Virus record (IMG/VR): IMGVR_UViG_3300012964_000010
Span: 1 to 64,000 of that record
DNA length: 64,000 nucleotides
DNA from: a virus
Reading direction: 5' to 3' (one strand)
Below are positions 17,883 through 27,942 of this stretch, piece after piece (the stretch's first letter is position 1; every line of letters begins with the position of its first letter). The notes below the pieces were generated by a model, which was given only the letters and a program-made list of their open reading frames with translations, was not told the DNA's origin and ran no database searches. The position numbers and the translations under genes are program-made.

Positions 17883-18232
17883 GGTTTATGATACCAGCCT
17901 ATATTTTTAAAACACTCTTCGACTAAAGAGCTTACACGACCCTCATCACCAGAGCAATAATAATCCATGTAAGTCTCGTTAGTATTATAATGCTTATTTC
18001 TTATATCTGCAATGATAAAACCGGCGCCACGCCAACTGCAGGACCAGACATATTCATCTGTGCCTTGCAGTCTGCGTATAACTCGATCCTCATTGGTAAT
18101 ATCCTCGATTTTATACCAGTCCATATTACATAGAGCACTATAAAATTCTCTTGCAATTACTGCATCGCGGAGGTATGTTACGGTTACAGAATCGACGCTC
18201 ATATCCTGAGATAAACTCGGTGTTAAGTCCAT
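17879..18232 (-). CDS. Hypothetical protein
   Basis: FYSALCN, CSWRGAG, YMDYYCSG. Confidence 0.75.
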   Translation of the reverse strand: MDLTPSLSQDMSVDSVTVTYLRDAVIAREFYSALCNMDWYKIEDITNEDRVIRRLQGTDEYVWSCSWRGAGFIIADIRNKHYNTNETYMDYYCSGDEGRVSSLVEECFKNIGWYHKP

Positions 18233-18993
18233 AATCCATCTCGTGTCTTTATTAAACGAATAAGCATTTCGTTATCTTCTTTATGCCACTCATCCTGTTG
18301 TGCACTGGCCATATCGAGTTCAGCTTCATATTCTTTATATTCATCTGAATTATAATCATAATTAACGAAAAGGCCGACATTATCGACATCAATGGGCTGA
18401 GGGCGCACTGGCCTCAACCTTACCCTGCCCGGTCGGCCATCGACCCACCACTTGTATAGAATATGAACTTCTCTTGCGTATTCGGCCTGCGCCGGGCTTT
18501 GTTCATATGTCGGTAAAGTAGGATCGTCTAAGGTCGATGCCCATTCGAGGTATTTTATTCCCAAGTCTGGTCTACGAAATGGAAAAAATAAGTGATAGGA
18601 TGGTACATATTTAGAATACCAACTCTGTTTTTCTTCGTCAGTGTGTAACCAGCGTCTTGCTAGATCTACCTCAACATAATCTTTTAAAAGAGTGAAATTA
18701 ACGTAAAGCATAATTTCACTCTTTTCTGCATAACCGGGTTCTAATCCAGTCTTTACAACGTGATATCGATCAGTGGTACGATATCGAATCCAATCTACTA
18801 ATTTACGGTATTTCCATCTTACTGGATTAACATATCTACGTCTAAAATCGTTATGAATCCAATAGCGTATAGCCGCCTTTTCTTTAAATTCTCTGTTAAA
18901 GGAATCCCACCCTTCAGCGCTAAGTGCATATGGTGGATTAAATGCCATCCATGCACTAAATTTTTTATAGATTTCTATTGTACGTTTTAACAT
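18223..18993 (-). CDS. Hypothetical protein
   Basis: Long ORF with LYKWW...R and MLIRLIK.R..LW motifs typical of T4-like phages. Confidence 0.75.
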   Translation of the reverse strand: MLKRTIEIYKKFSAWMAFNPPYALSAEGWDSFNREFKEKAAIRYWIHNDFRRRYVNPVRWKYRKLVDWIRYRTTDRYHVVKTGLEPGYAEKSEIMLYVNFTLLKDYVEVDLARRWLHTDEEKQSWYSKYVPSYHLFFPFRRPDLGIKYLEWASTLDDPTLPTYEQSPAQAEYAREVHILYKWWVDGRPGRVRLRPVRPQPIDVDNVGLFVNYDYNSDEYKEYEAELDMASAQQDEWHKEDNEMLIRLIKTRDGLWT

Positions 18994-19015
18994 CTGACAG
19001 GCTGATAAAAAGTAT

Positions 19016-19044
19016 ATACTACAATACAATTATCAGCCCGTCAA
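19016..19044 (-). promoter_or_regulatory. Sigma70-type early promoter
   Basis: TTGACG-17nt-TAGTAT. Confidence 0.55.
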
Positions 19045-19047
19045 CAC

Positions 19048-19266
19048 TCAATGCGGTGGATTAGCCTTAGAGATAAAACTGTTGAGCTTTTCGGCTTCGG
19101 CAATCACCTCTTCGGTTGTGGTCGCAGTCTCTACATACATTGATCCGCCATTTTGGTGATGTGCAGCGCTTGCGGCCTTAGCAAAATGCTGCTCAGATAG
19201 GATTTTCTGGGCAAGTTGAAGCAATTCAAGACGAATCTCATACGGGGTTTTACTGATAGGTTTCAT
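19048..19266 (-). CDS. Hypothetical protein
   Basis: KTPYEIRLELLQLA...EEVIAEAEKLNSFIS. Confidence 0.75.
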   Translation of the reverse strand: MKPISKTPYEIRLELLQLAQKILSEQHFAKAASAAHHQNGGSMYVETATTTEEVIAEAEKLNSFISKANPPH

Positions 19267-19295
19267 TGTGTTTCCTTTTGTGTTTTGATTATATG

Positions 19296-19598
19296 TCATG
19301 AAATAATTGAACTTTTCTGTGGTAATGCAATACCAGTGATGTTTGTTTCATATGCGGACGACCATGCTGGTGCCGGTGTTGAATGAATTACTGGTTTTGG
19401 AATATTTACATTTGCACCCTGATCTGCCAACATCATAAATGGTGCAAACTGGAGACCCTGCTGAGTAGGTACCAAGCAACGAGGCTTCTCAATTGTATAA
19501 GATATTGCGGTTTCTTCGACTACCCTTCCGATGAATTCTTCACCACTGCCCAGTTTGAAAACTCCAATGTAAGGTGTATTTGTTTTTTGGTATAACAT
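19296..19598 (-). CDS. Small Sm-like-fold hypothetical protein
   Basis: FKL.SGEE.IG pattern common in T4-like phages. Confidence 0.65.
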   Translation of the reverse strand: MLYQKTNTPYIGVFKLGSGEEFIGRVVEETAISYTIEKPRCLVPTQQGLQFAPFMMLADQGANVNIPKPVIHSTPAPAWSSAYETNITGIALPQKSSIIS

Positions 19599-19611
19599 AT
19601 TATTCTTTCAA

Positions 19612-20628
19612 TTAAAAATCATCCCAACCGTCGACTGCTTCCGATCGGCTGTATTCAGTAACCTTTGTTTCAAAGAAGTTTTCACGCTTCTCTGTATTCA
19701 GATATTCATATGGATTCTTCGTGTATCCTTTGAACGGAACACCCAACCCGAGTAGTTTGCATCGTTGGTTAGTTAGATACTTAACATAACCCTCTGTACT
19801 CTGCGCAGAGATGCCTAGGATTCTATCGCCATAGATGTCAATACCCCATTCGATCTCTTGCTCGGCTGCCCGGATGATATTATCAAGTAAAATCTTTCGA
19901 TCAGCACTATCAGAAAGGTCAAACACTTCTCGAATAATATTCGCAAACATATTAACATGAGTTACTTCATCATTCTCGATATATTTGATCATCTTTGCTA
20001 CATTGGCAACCTTATTGCGTGCTGCCAATTGATAGAAGAATTGAAATCCATTATAGAAGTAAATTGCTTCAAGTGCAAAGTCTGCTGCTAATGCATGCTT
20101 AAAGTTTTCTACACTCTTCTCGTCAACAAATTTTTGGTATTGCCCAGCAATAAACTTATTTCTCTTAAGAAGTAACGGATTGTTTCTCCAATAGTTATAA
20201 ATTTCCTCACGCTCGATACTTGGAAAAAGTTCAAGAAGAAGATATTGATAAGACTGCGAATGAATCAATTCCTGGAAGGCTTGTATTGTAAATAAGCCGT
20301 TGACTTCGGGTGCGGTGATATAATCCGCAAGATTTGGCAGATTGTTAACCTGCATACTATCAAGTGCAATTAAGAAAGATAGGGTATTCTTAAATGCATC
20401 CATTTCGTGTTTTGTAAGTTCCTTGATAGTAACTTTATCATCAACAAGTGAAATCTTCTGAGGAATCCAAAAGTTGTTTACCATAATGGTATACAATTTA
20501 GGTGCCCATTGATACTTCACACTGTTTAAGTTCATAATGCCGGTAGCGGCACCATTGATGATGCTACGGGCGTTTACTGTATCGTCTCCGAGTTCGTCAA
20601 ATATTTTCTTTTGTATTAGTTCTGTCAT
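19612..20628 (-). CDS. nrdB: Class I ribonucleotide reductase beta subunit
   Basis: FW.P, ALDS, E..HSQSY, LE..YFYNGF, DEVTH, NFFE. Confidence 0.95.
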   Translation of the reverse strand: MTELIQKKIFDELGDDTVNARSIINGAATGIMNLNSVKYQWAPKLYTIMVNNFWIPQKISLVDDKVTIKELTKHEMDAFKNTLSFLIALDSMQVNNLPNLADYITAPEVNGLFTIQAFQELIHSQSYQYLLLELFPSIEREEIYNYWRNNPLLLKRNKFIAGQYQKFVDEKSVENFKHALAADFALEAIYFYNGFQFFYQLAARNKVANVAKMIKYIENDEVTHVNMFANIIREVFDLSDSADRKILLDNIIRAAEQEIEWGIDIYGDRILGISAQSTEGYVKYLTNQRCKLLGLGVPFKGYTKNPYEYLNTEKRENFFETKVTEYSRSEAVDGWDDF

Positions 20629-21479
20629 TTTATTATTCTTTCTCTTTTATTATTGAAAATCCAAAATTCAAAGTTGTATCCGGCGGTGATGCAGCCAATC
20701 TCTTTCGCCTTATTTTTTGTAATATCTTTATTGAATGTGTATTCGCTCTTTACCTCTATTATAAGATTTTCGGATTTTATAAAAATATCAGGTATATATC
20801 TTTTCTTCTTATGTTCATAATTATACCATATTGCCGGTACATCATAATTTACAAGAATATCATTTTCCGGGTGTGTTTCTAACAATATATCTAATGCTGT
20901 ATTTTCATATCCCTGAATTTTTATTATGTTTCCAGAAGGTAATTTATATTCTTTCCATTTACCGCGCTGTTGGTCTATAAAAATTTCTATATTTTGGACG
21001 GCATATTCTACACCATATCTCTCAATCATTGTGTCTTTTGCTTTTCGATTTACATCCTTATTATGTAATGAACAAACAGTTCCGTATTTTTCTAAATTAG
21101 TGTTACCTATCTTTTCCATAATAGAAGATGACATGGCTGGATTTTCGACGCCATATTTTTCTAAATTGGTTTCTCTAACCTGTTTTCTAAATTCTTCCGA
21201 TTGTAATGGATATTCTACTCCATATCTTTCAATCATTACATTTAGTGCTTTATCCTTTATTTCTTTATTCAATAAAGGTGTAATACCACCATATTTTTCT
21301 GTACACGAATCTTCTCTTTTCTTCCTTGTCGACAATGAATTAGCAGAACATTTAGCTGAGCAAAACCTGTTATAAATTCCAATCCTTGTTGGTTTATTTA
21401 ATTTTGAATTATTATCGCATCCATCTCTTCCACACTTAGGAGCTATATCGGAATATATAAACATATAATTAGCCAGCAC
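20625..21479 (-). mobile_element. Putative homing endonuclease with KYG/RYG repeats and C-terminal PD-(D/E)XK domain
   Basis: FCSAKC, five (K/R)YG repeats, QGYE, YIPDIF..IIEVKS; located between nrdA and nrdB. Confidence 0.75.
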
Positions 21480-23670
21480 AGGCTGAACAATTTTCTTCTT
21501 TCACAGATATTTCCGCATTCTTTTTCAGAGTACGAATATAATAGATTGTTTTGATGCCTTTACTATGTGCATAATGAATCGCATCATAGAGTTCTTTAGC
21601 ATTAAAGTTCTCTTTACGCTGGTCAAATATTAACTCCATAGAACAGCCTGTGTCAATGAATTTCTGCAATTCAGCCACTACATCAATAATTTCAGTTGCA
21701 GTATGTTTAGGGAATGTTTTTCCATAACCGAGTGGATTATCTTTTAGAAATTTAGCGACCACTACAAGTTTGCCATTCTTATTATCTTCGGAAAAGAATG
21801 CATCAAATACTGGCAACACACTCGCACTTGAATCCATATAGATAGATGTACTGGTATTAGGTGCCGGACTTGTCAATTGACTATTTCGCATCCCAAACAA
21901 ATCAATTTCGGCCTGCAACTTTGCCCAATCGTACTTACCAGATGCGTGTTTAGCAAATTGTGCGATACGATTTCCGTTCTTCCATTCAGAGTTATCAAAG
22001 GCGCTAAAAGAACCAAACCGCGCTGCCAGTCGAGTACTTTCCATGGCTGCATGATATTCAACACATTCAGCAATCTCACGAATGTAATCTAAATCGCGAA
22101 AGTTCATCCATTCACGAGCCAAGTGGTCATGTAACCCTTGCATACCAATACCGATTGTACGATAACGATTGTTATGGTCGGCAGTAATCTTATCCGGTGC
22201 GTTAGTCAAGCTGATACCGTAATCTAAAACTCTGCAAGTTAAGGCAGCAATTTTGCCTAATTCCGTGAAGTTTTTAATGTTACCCAGCACAATAGAGGCA
22301 AGATTACACACGTGACCAAGTTGGTCTGGCATTACATTGGAGAATGACTCTGTACATAAATTCACACACGGAATACCAATGTTATCGGTGTCATTCTTAT
22401 TAGGGTTGTATTCGTTAATGGTATCAGTAAATGCAAGATATGGCAAACCAGTTTCGAATTGAGTACGCATAATAATCTTCATAAGATCTCTTGCATTATC
22501 AATCTTACGTGCAACCTCAAGTTTACCTTCATAGAATGCCCGTTCAATTTTAAGATATGCTTCTGTAAATGCCTTACCGTGGAGACCACGTATATCAATG
22601 CCAAGTTTTTTCTTAACTTCGTATGACGAGAAAGTAATCCATGGTTCTTTGTTCTTATCTCGTTCCATAAAAATGTCCGGGATAGTAACCTGAGGGAAAA
22701 TATCATACGCCTTTGCACGAAGATCCCCGTGTTCCGTCTGCATATCAAGAAAGTCTAAAATATCATTATGCCAGATTGGTAACGCAATTGTACCAGCACC
22801 GGCACGCTTACCGCCTTGATTAACCGCAACCAGAGTATCATTTAAGATTTTTACCCACTGAACGACACTACCAGCAGCATTTTGATAACCATTGACTTCA
22901 TCGCCTTTTGCACGAATGTATCCAAGGAAAATACCAAGGCCGCCACCATTCTTAGAGATTTTCGATACACGCTTAACGTTGTCAAAAATACTATCGAGAT
23001 CATCCTCGACCGCAATAATAAAGCATGATGCTACATTGCCGCCCTTTCGAAGATTAGATAAAAAAGGTGTTGCTAAAGAAATTTTACGTTGAGAAAGAGC
23101 ATTATAAACTTCTTTAACAAACTTAAGGCGAGTTTCTTTTGGCTCAAACTGGCCGAAGCGCATGGCATTAACCATATGCATATGTTGGTTTAATTCGTAT
23201 TTGCCTAAATATTTTTTCTTAGCAGTAATTAAGCTGGCATAACTATAATCCAAGTCTCGATTCATTTTTACTGAGGATGCAAGTTCATCGAGATCATCAT
23301 CGGTGTAAAATTCAAGAAGAGACTTGCTATATTCGCCCTTTTTAATATTGTAATGAACAATCTCCCTAAAGGACTTTCCGCGTAATGGAAAAGCTGACCA
23401 TTCATCCATTGCAAGGGCGCGACCTGCAACATTCACCCAATCAGGCGCCTGTGGTGTAGCCAGTTGAACAGCATGTTGAATGACATTAAGTTGAATGTCT
23501 TTAGTTTTAATTCCAGGCTTCAGGATTTGATCAACTTTTGATTCAAGCTCAAGTGGATTTACATCCTGCCCCTCTGCTGCCATGTGAATAGATTTTTTAA
23601 TTTTAGAAACGTCATATGGTTCTTTTGTTCCATCGCGTTTCTCTACCATAATTTCTTTAGATGATGCCAT
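21469..23670 (-). CDS. nrdA: Class I ribonucleotide reductase alpha subunit with ATP cone
   Basis: VEKRDG ATP cone, ATP..SN, SCF, NLCTE, CNL, APN.STS, KTIYY, terminal CSAC. Confidence 0.95.
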   Translation of the reverse strand: MASSKEIMVEKRDGTKEPYDVSKIKKSIHMAAEGQDVNPLELESKVDQILKPGIKTKDIQLNVIQHAVQLATPQAPDWVNVAGRALAMDEWSAFPLRGKSFREIVHYNIKKGEYSKSLLEFYTDDDLDELASSVKMNRDLDYSYASLITAKKKYLGKYELNQHMHMVNAMRFGQFEPKETRLKFVKEVYNALSQRKISLATPFLSNLRKGGNVASCFIIAVEDDLDSIFDNVKRVSKISKNGGGLGIFLGYIRAKGDEVNGYQNAAGSVVQWVKILNDTLVAVNQGGKRAGAGTIALPIWHNDILDFLDMQTEHGDLRAKAYDIFPQVTIPDIFMERDKNKEPWITFSSYEVKKKLGIDIRGLHGKAFTEAYLKIERAFYEGKLEVARKIDNARDLMKIIMRTQFETGLPYLAFTDTINEYNPNKNDTDNIGIPCVNLCTESFSNVMPDQLGHVCNLASIVLGNIKNFTELGKIAALTCRVLDYGISLTNAPDKITADHNNRYRTIGIGMQGLHDHLAREWMNFRDLDYIREIAECVEYHAAMESTRLAARFGSFSAFDNSEWKNGNRIAQFAKHASGKYDWAKLQAEIDLFGMRNSQLTSPAPNTSTSIYMDSSASVLPVFDAFFSEDNKNGKLVVVAKFLKDNPLGYGKTFPKHTATEIIDVVAELQKFIDTGCSMELIFDQRKENFNAKELYDAIHYAHSKGIKTIYYIRTLKKNAEISVKEENCSACAG

Positions 23671-23692
23671 AATTTCTCTCTTTATATTTGTT

Positions 23693-24343
23693 TTATTTAT
23701 TTTTACATCTGCCGAAGTGATAACGATACATCAGTGGGCCGTGACCAATTTTATTGCACACAGGACATACCAATTCGTACTTATTGTTACCTTTATTCGC
23801 TTCGCTGATCTTTTTTCTTGCATTGTCTGTTAACGGCCCTCTTATTTGTCCAGTAAGCGTTTCGGAAATCTTCTTCTTTCTTTCCTCCGAACAAGGCCCA
23901 TATACATGTCCTGCCAGGGACTCAGATATCTTTTTCTTATGTTCCTCAGAAAGGCAGCTACCCTTCTTCGCTTCAGATATCTTTTTCTTATGTTCCTCAG
24001 TCTTCCTCTTACCTGCATTAGATCTAGAAATTCTGTCTCGATGTTCTTCCGACATCATTGTAGTCGACAAACGGCGGCGTATCCATCCATATAGTTTATT
24101 ATTCCTGTATCTGCCTATGGTCATCATCCTTACGGCATATAATAATTTTTGATTATGTGGATATATCTTAACAAGCAGCTGATGTGCGACATAATGTTCT
24201 TCTGGTGTCAATCTGGCTAAATTAGAAATATCATCATTTCCACCCAAACACCGAGGAACAATATGATGTACCTCGTAATATCCAGTTAAATACCTACAGA
24301 GTGATTTATCAATCAACAATTCATAATGTCTACTATAATTCAT
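23693..24343 (-). mobile_element. HNH homing endonuclease with NUMOD3 repeats
   Basis: EVHHIVPRCLGG..NL..LT.EEHYVAH.LL; repeated EEHKKKISE. Confidence 0.88.
23922..24000. repeat. 28-bp exact direct repeat (23922-23949, 23973-24000) encoding NUMOD3 units
   Basis: tcagatatctttttcttatgttcctcag twice. Confidence 0.85.
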
Positions 24344-24780
24344 TAAGAAACCATTTTAATTTCATCTACTGTGAATTGTTTAATAACTGTTAAATCAGCT
24401 TGTATATCTTCCCAGTTATTTACCGTGCCAAGCTCGTAGTTCAAAACAAACTGATAATCGATCACCGGCACCAAATACATATCTTCATTATCATCAATTA
24501 AATATAATTCAATGGTATGACCTGTTTGCAATAAGGCAAATGTGTAAAACATCAGCAGACTGATTGAACTCTTGCAGAAGGATCCATGAAATAGAATCTC
24601 CCATGGTGTTGGCCAGTCATTTGGACTATAATAATCCAATGATCGTGATCCATATGGCATATTCGCAAAAAATTTCGCGATAGCCGACATTTGTTCTTCA
24701 AAGGGTGCGAATTCGAGTTCAACCCTTAAATTTTTCCAGAGGCGAAGACGCTCCTCATTAGGGATATTATTCCAGCTCAT
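24343..24780 (-). CDS. Conserved hypothetical protein
   Basis: WPTPWEIL motif. Confidence 0.75.
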   Translation of the reverse strand: MSWNNIPNEERLRLWKNLRVELEFAPFEEQMSAIAKFFANMPYGSRSLDYYSPNDWPTPWEILFHGSFCKSSISLLMFYTFALLQTGHTIELYLIDDNEDMYLVPVIDYQFVLNYELGTVNNWEDIQADLTVIKQFTVDEIKMVS

Positions 24781-24788
24781 ATTTTATA

Positions 24789-25715
24789 TTAAATTGGTGC
24801 CCAGATTACCGATCCGGTACTAAGTGTTAAGTTACCAGGAAAGTTATGCATATATGAAATAATAATATTGGTACCGGATGGGTCATAGTCTGCTTTAAAA
24901 TTAATATCAAAAGCAGTAGTATTAACCTCAGTTCCAAAATCTGTTAGCGTTACAGGCATAAGTGCCGGAAAAGGTGGAATAGGTGGTGCAGGTGTAAACT
25001 TTGTAACAGCAGTAATTCTTAATTCACCATTCTTTGAAAAGGTTGTACCCACAAGGTTTGGATTTGCAGAAATAGTATCTGTGATACTATATAATAGGTT
25101 AAAGAATGGTGTTTTTGGGTAAGGCGTGTAGGTTATACTCGGTATTGGTGTAAAAACCACCTGTGGAGGTAATGTAATTACTACGGGTGCCAATACAAGA
25201 TCTGGTGAGTGACCGATATTGGTGGCAACTTCGGTATAGGTTCCGTTGGAGGCGCCGGCGCCGTTGCCACCACCAATAAATATCTGTTGTGTATCGACGC
25301 AAAGTGCGAGTTCACCGGCCTGGAGTGATGATCCGGCGTTATCAGCTGTAAAAGGTTTAAAAATAGTACCAGCAACTAATTGAGGGCCAACGGCAGAACA
25401 TGTAAACGAAATACTTGTTGTGCTAACCGCGGTAACAGTATAGGTACCGTTATAACCGCTCGGCGAGACACCTGTTACGGTAATTGATGCACCAATAACT
25501 GGTAAAGCAGATAATGGCACTGATGCAAAAGTAATAGTTGCAACCGTCCCAGTACCGAATGCTGTAAGTGTCGGTATTGCTGTATAGGAGTGGTCTAAAG
25601 GTGTTAATGGATTGTATCCACTAATGCCCGTATAACCAAGTGGATACAATGCATCTAATTGCGATTTTGTACCTCGTCTATTCTGAATTCTTGAAATTAC
25701 TACTGGTGTCGTCAT
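24789..25715 (-). CDS. Virion structural protein (ISRIQ.RRG...L..GE N-terminal module)
   Basis: Tail-fibre-type N-terminal motif split by a Thr-rich beta insert; late-promoter variant at 25736-25743. Confidence 0.7.
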   Translation of the reverse strand: MTTPVVISRIQNRRGTKSQLDALYPLGYTGISGYNPLTPLDHSYTAIPTLTAFGTGTVATITFASVPLSALPVIGASITVTGVSPSGYNGTYTVTAVSTTSISFTCSAVGPQLVAGTIFKPFTADNAGSSLQAGELALCVDTQQIFIGGGNGAGASNGTYTEVATNIGHSPDLVLAPVVITLPPQVVFTPIPSITYTPYPKTPFFNLLYSITDTISANPNLVGTTFSKNGELRITAVTKFTPAPPIPPFPALMPVTLTDFGTEVNTTAFDINFKADYDPSGTNIIISYMHNFPGNLTLSTGSVIWAPI

Positions 25716-25738
25716 TGTTTATTCCCTGTGTACTATAT

Positions 25739-26404
25739 TTAGTCCTGTCCGAAGCGATCATAATACGAGCACACTTTGTTTGCCCACATTAATTCATAAT
25801 GTGTAAATTCATCACCTTCAATGATAAATTCTTGATATTTTCCATCCCTGGTAGCAATCATAACTACACCTCGGTGAATATCGGTTCCGTACATTTCATT
25901 GTGTGCTAATGAATAGGCACACAATTGCATAAAGTAATCTTCAATCCATTCTTTTTTCTTATCTTTTAGACTATTCTTAAAGTCCATAATTGACGGAATT
26001 CCCGTGTGTACACCGATAAGATCAGTGGTTCCGGCGTACAGTCCAGTAGAAAATAAACTAACCTCAGTGCCCCATACTTCATCTACCTTGCACAAACCAT
26101 TCTTAATAATGACATTAGCAAGCGCCTTCGACATATATTGTCCTGTCATTTCTTTACCGAGAATATATTTTTCAAGATTATTATGCATACCACTGCCGAG
26201 ACTGCTTGCCTCAGTCTTGATACGATTGGCTTCTTCTTCACCGACGCGATTAACCCATTCTTTTAGGTTAGTTAGGTCCTTGGTTTTAGATAGAATTGTT
26301 GTGACTGACGGGAGTGGTCTACCTTCACCGACTATGTATCGGCGACCGTTAGGGCTATCTACACGTTCTAATGGTTTATAATCGTATCGATGTTGTATAA
26401 GCAT
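25739..26404 (-). CDS. PD-(D/E)XK exonuclease
   Basis: PSVTTIL, G..MH, E, AGTTD, IMDFKNS, Q..AY. Confidence 0.9.
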   Translation of the reverse strand: MLIQHRYDYKPLERVDSPNGRRYIVGEGRPLPSVTTILSKTKDLTNLKEWVNRVGEEEANRIKTEASSLGSGMHNNLEKYILGKEMTGQYMSKALANVIIKNGLCKVDEVWGTEVSLFSTGLYAGTTDLIGVHTGIPSIMDFKNSLKDKKKEWIEDYFMQLCAYSLAHNEMYGTDIHRGVVMIATRDGKYQEFIIEGDEFTHYELMWANKVCSYYDRFGQD

Positions 26405-26410
26405 AAACGA

Positions 26411-26440
26411 ATTGTAACACTAAAGAGTATCACGAGTCAA
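26411..26440 (-). promoter_or_regulatory. Sigma70-type promoter giving a probably leaderless mRNA
   Basis: TTGACT-18nt-TACAAT ending 6 nt before the ATG; no SD. Confidence 0.6.
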
Positions 26441-26444
26441 TGCT

Positions 26445-27617
26445 TTACCAGCTGATATACCACTGAATTGTATTTGTTGTGGCTGGATTTGACTGAATCT
26501 GAATTGTATATCCGAGATTGCCGAAGTATGACAGAACAGCATTAAGTTGTGTCGAGATAGCCTTGTTTGTTGCCAATCCTGCCCACACCTGATAATATAG
26601 AAGTGGTGTAGTACCATAAGTATTATTTCCTACGTGGATTGCAACTATAGCAGGCACTGCTGGTGGATTTGGTAATGCTGCTGTTGGTGGATTGAATATT
26701 GTACCGGTTGCCAACTGCGTATAATTCGAACCAGGTGTTAGAACTGTAACCGAACCAACAGATGTGCCGGCTAAATTTACTTGTGTGGTCGCACCTGTTC
26801 CCGGATCAGTAATAACAAGGTAAGGTCTGTAGGTCGAATAACCGTACCCGGTATTGGTAACAACTACTCCTGTGATCACACCTAAATTATTTGTTAAAAC
26901 AGTAGCTGCAAATCCTGTTCCTAATGGATAAGGCGTTGCCGAATTAAGTGTTGATACAATCTTAACGGTTGTAACGCTATCCTGATAACCAGATCCGGGA
27001 TTGGTAACTATAACTGAAAGAATTTCGCCAAGAGCGCCTACGGCTGCAATTTGAAATGTTGCATTAACATATGCTGGATTTGCAGCCACGGCACGATGTG
27101 GAATAATGCTATCTGCTGTGGTATATCCCGTGCCCGGAGTAACAATATTTACAGATACAATTCGTCCTGCAGCATCTACAAGAGGTGTCAGAACCGCATT
27201 AATACCGGCAACAGTGGAAATAGTTAATGTAGCAGGAACAGGTTGATATCCTGTTCCTGCGGTACCAATGTTAACACCTAAGATATTGCCACCATTGGTG
27301 GTAAGTGTGCCTGTGGCAACTATGCTGGGAGTAATACCAAGCGGCGGAACAAAAACCATTGCAGGTGTATCTTGAAAATATCCAATGCCGCCACTGGTTA
27401 CAGAAACACTGGTAACACCGCTAACAAATGTCATTGGAGTAGTACCACCAACCGTAACAGACATTTTGCCGCCGCCGATTTGAGATTGGCTTGAGGCAGC
27501 AAGAATAGCTTGTTGTAATGCACAAATTTCTTCCCAGACTATAGGAAGGTTAGTTGCCAATTGCTCCATTGAAGAAGCAGAAGGAAAACCAGTGCCAGTT
27601 GTGCAAGAATCAGCCAT
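26445..27617 (-). CDS. Virion structural protein with V.V...G.GY beta repeats
   Basis: Six repeats such as VIVTNPGSGY and VVVTNTGYGY. Confidence 0.75.
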   Translation of the reverse strand: MADSCTTGTGFPSASSMEQLATNLPIVWEEICALQQAILAASSQSQIGGGKMSVTVGGTTPMTFVSGVTSVSVTSGGIGYFQDTPAMVFVPPLGITPSIVATGTLTTNGGNILGVNIGTAGTGYQPVPATLTISTVAGINAVLTPLVDAAGRIVSVNIVTPGTGYTTADSIIPHRAVAANPAYVNATFQIAAVGALGEILSVIVTNPGSGYQDSVTTVKIVSTLNSATPYPLGTGFAATVLTNNLGVITGVVVTNTGYGYSTYRPYLVITDPGTGATTQVNLAGTSVGSVTVLTPGSNYTQLATGTIFNPPTAALPNPPAVPAIVAIHVGNNTYGTTPLLYYQVWAGLATNKAISTQLNAVLSYFGNLGYTIQIQSNPATTNTIQWYISW

Positions 27618-27623
27618 TATATC

Positions 27624-27938
27624 TTATCCTATCTTTGTCGCTTTAGCAGCCATATCACTAACACGGGCAGCACTATCCTGGGCCTGCCCGGCACCGGCAT
27701 TCTCTGGACCGGTGAGTTTGATGCTCTGTGGTGTTACATTCATAATAGTTGGATTATTCTGTAATAGATTCATTAAACTATTCACATCAATTGAATAACC
27801 CATTCCTTGTAATTGATCTACAATGTTCTGCGGATTAATATCCTGTGCTCCAGAACCTTTAGCGCCTATAAGCAAATTGTTAAGGTCTGATTCTAGGCGC
27901 TGATTGTAGTCCTCATAGAGAATTTCTTTTGCTCTCAT
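27624..27938 (-). CDS. Hypothetical protein, probable head-associated
   Basis: N-terminus MRAKEILYE. Confidence 0.7.
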   Translation of the reverse strand: MRAKEILYEDYNQRLESDLNNLLIGAKGSGAQDINPQNIVDQLQGMGYSIDVNSLMNLLQNNPTIMNVTPQSIKLTGPENAGAGQAQDSAARVSDMAAKATKIG

Positions 27939-27942
27939 GCAC

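Noticed and set aside
25739-26404. Cas4 / CRISPR adaptation gene
   Set aside because: Lacks the four-Cys Fe-S motif and any cas context; an ordinary phage PD-(D/E)XK exonuclease
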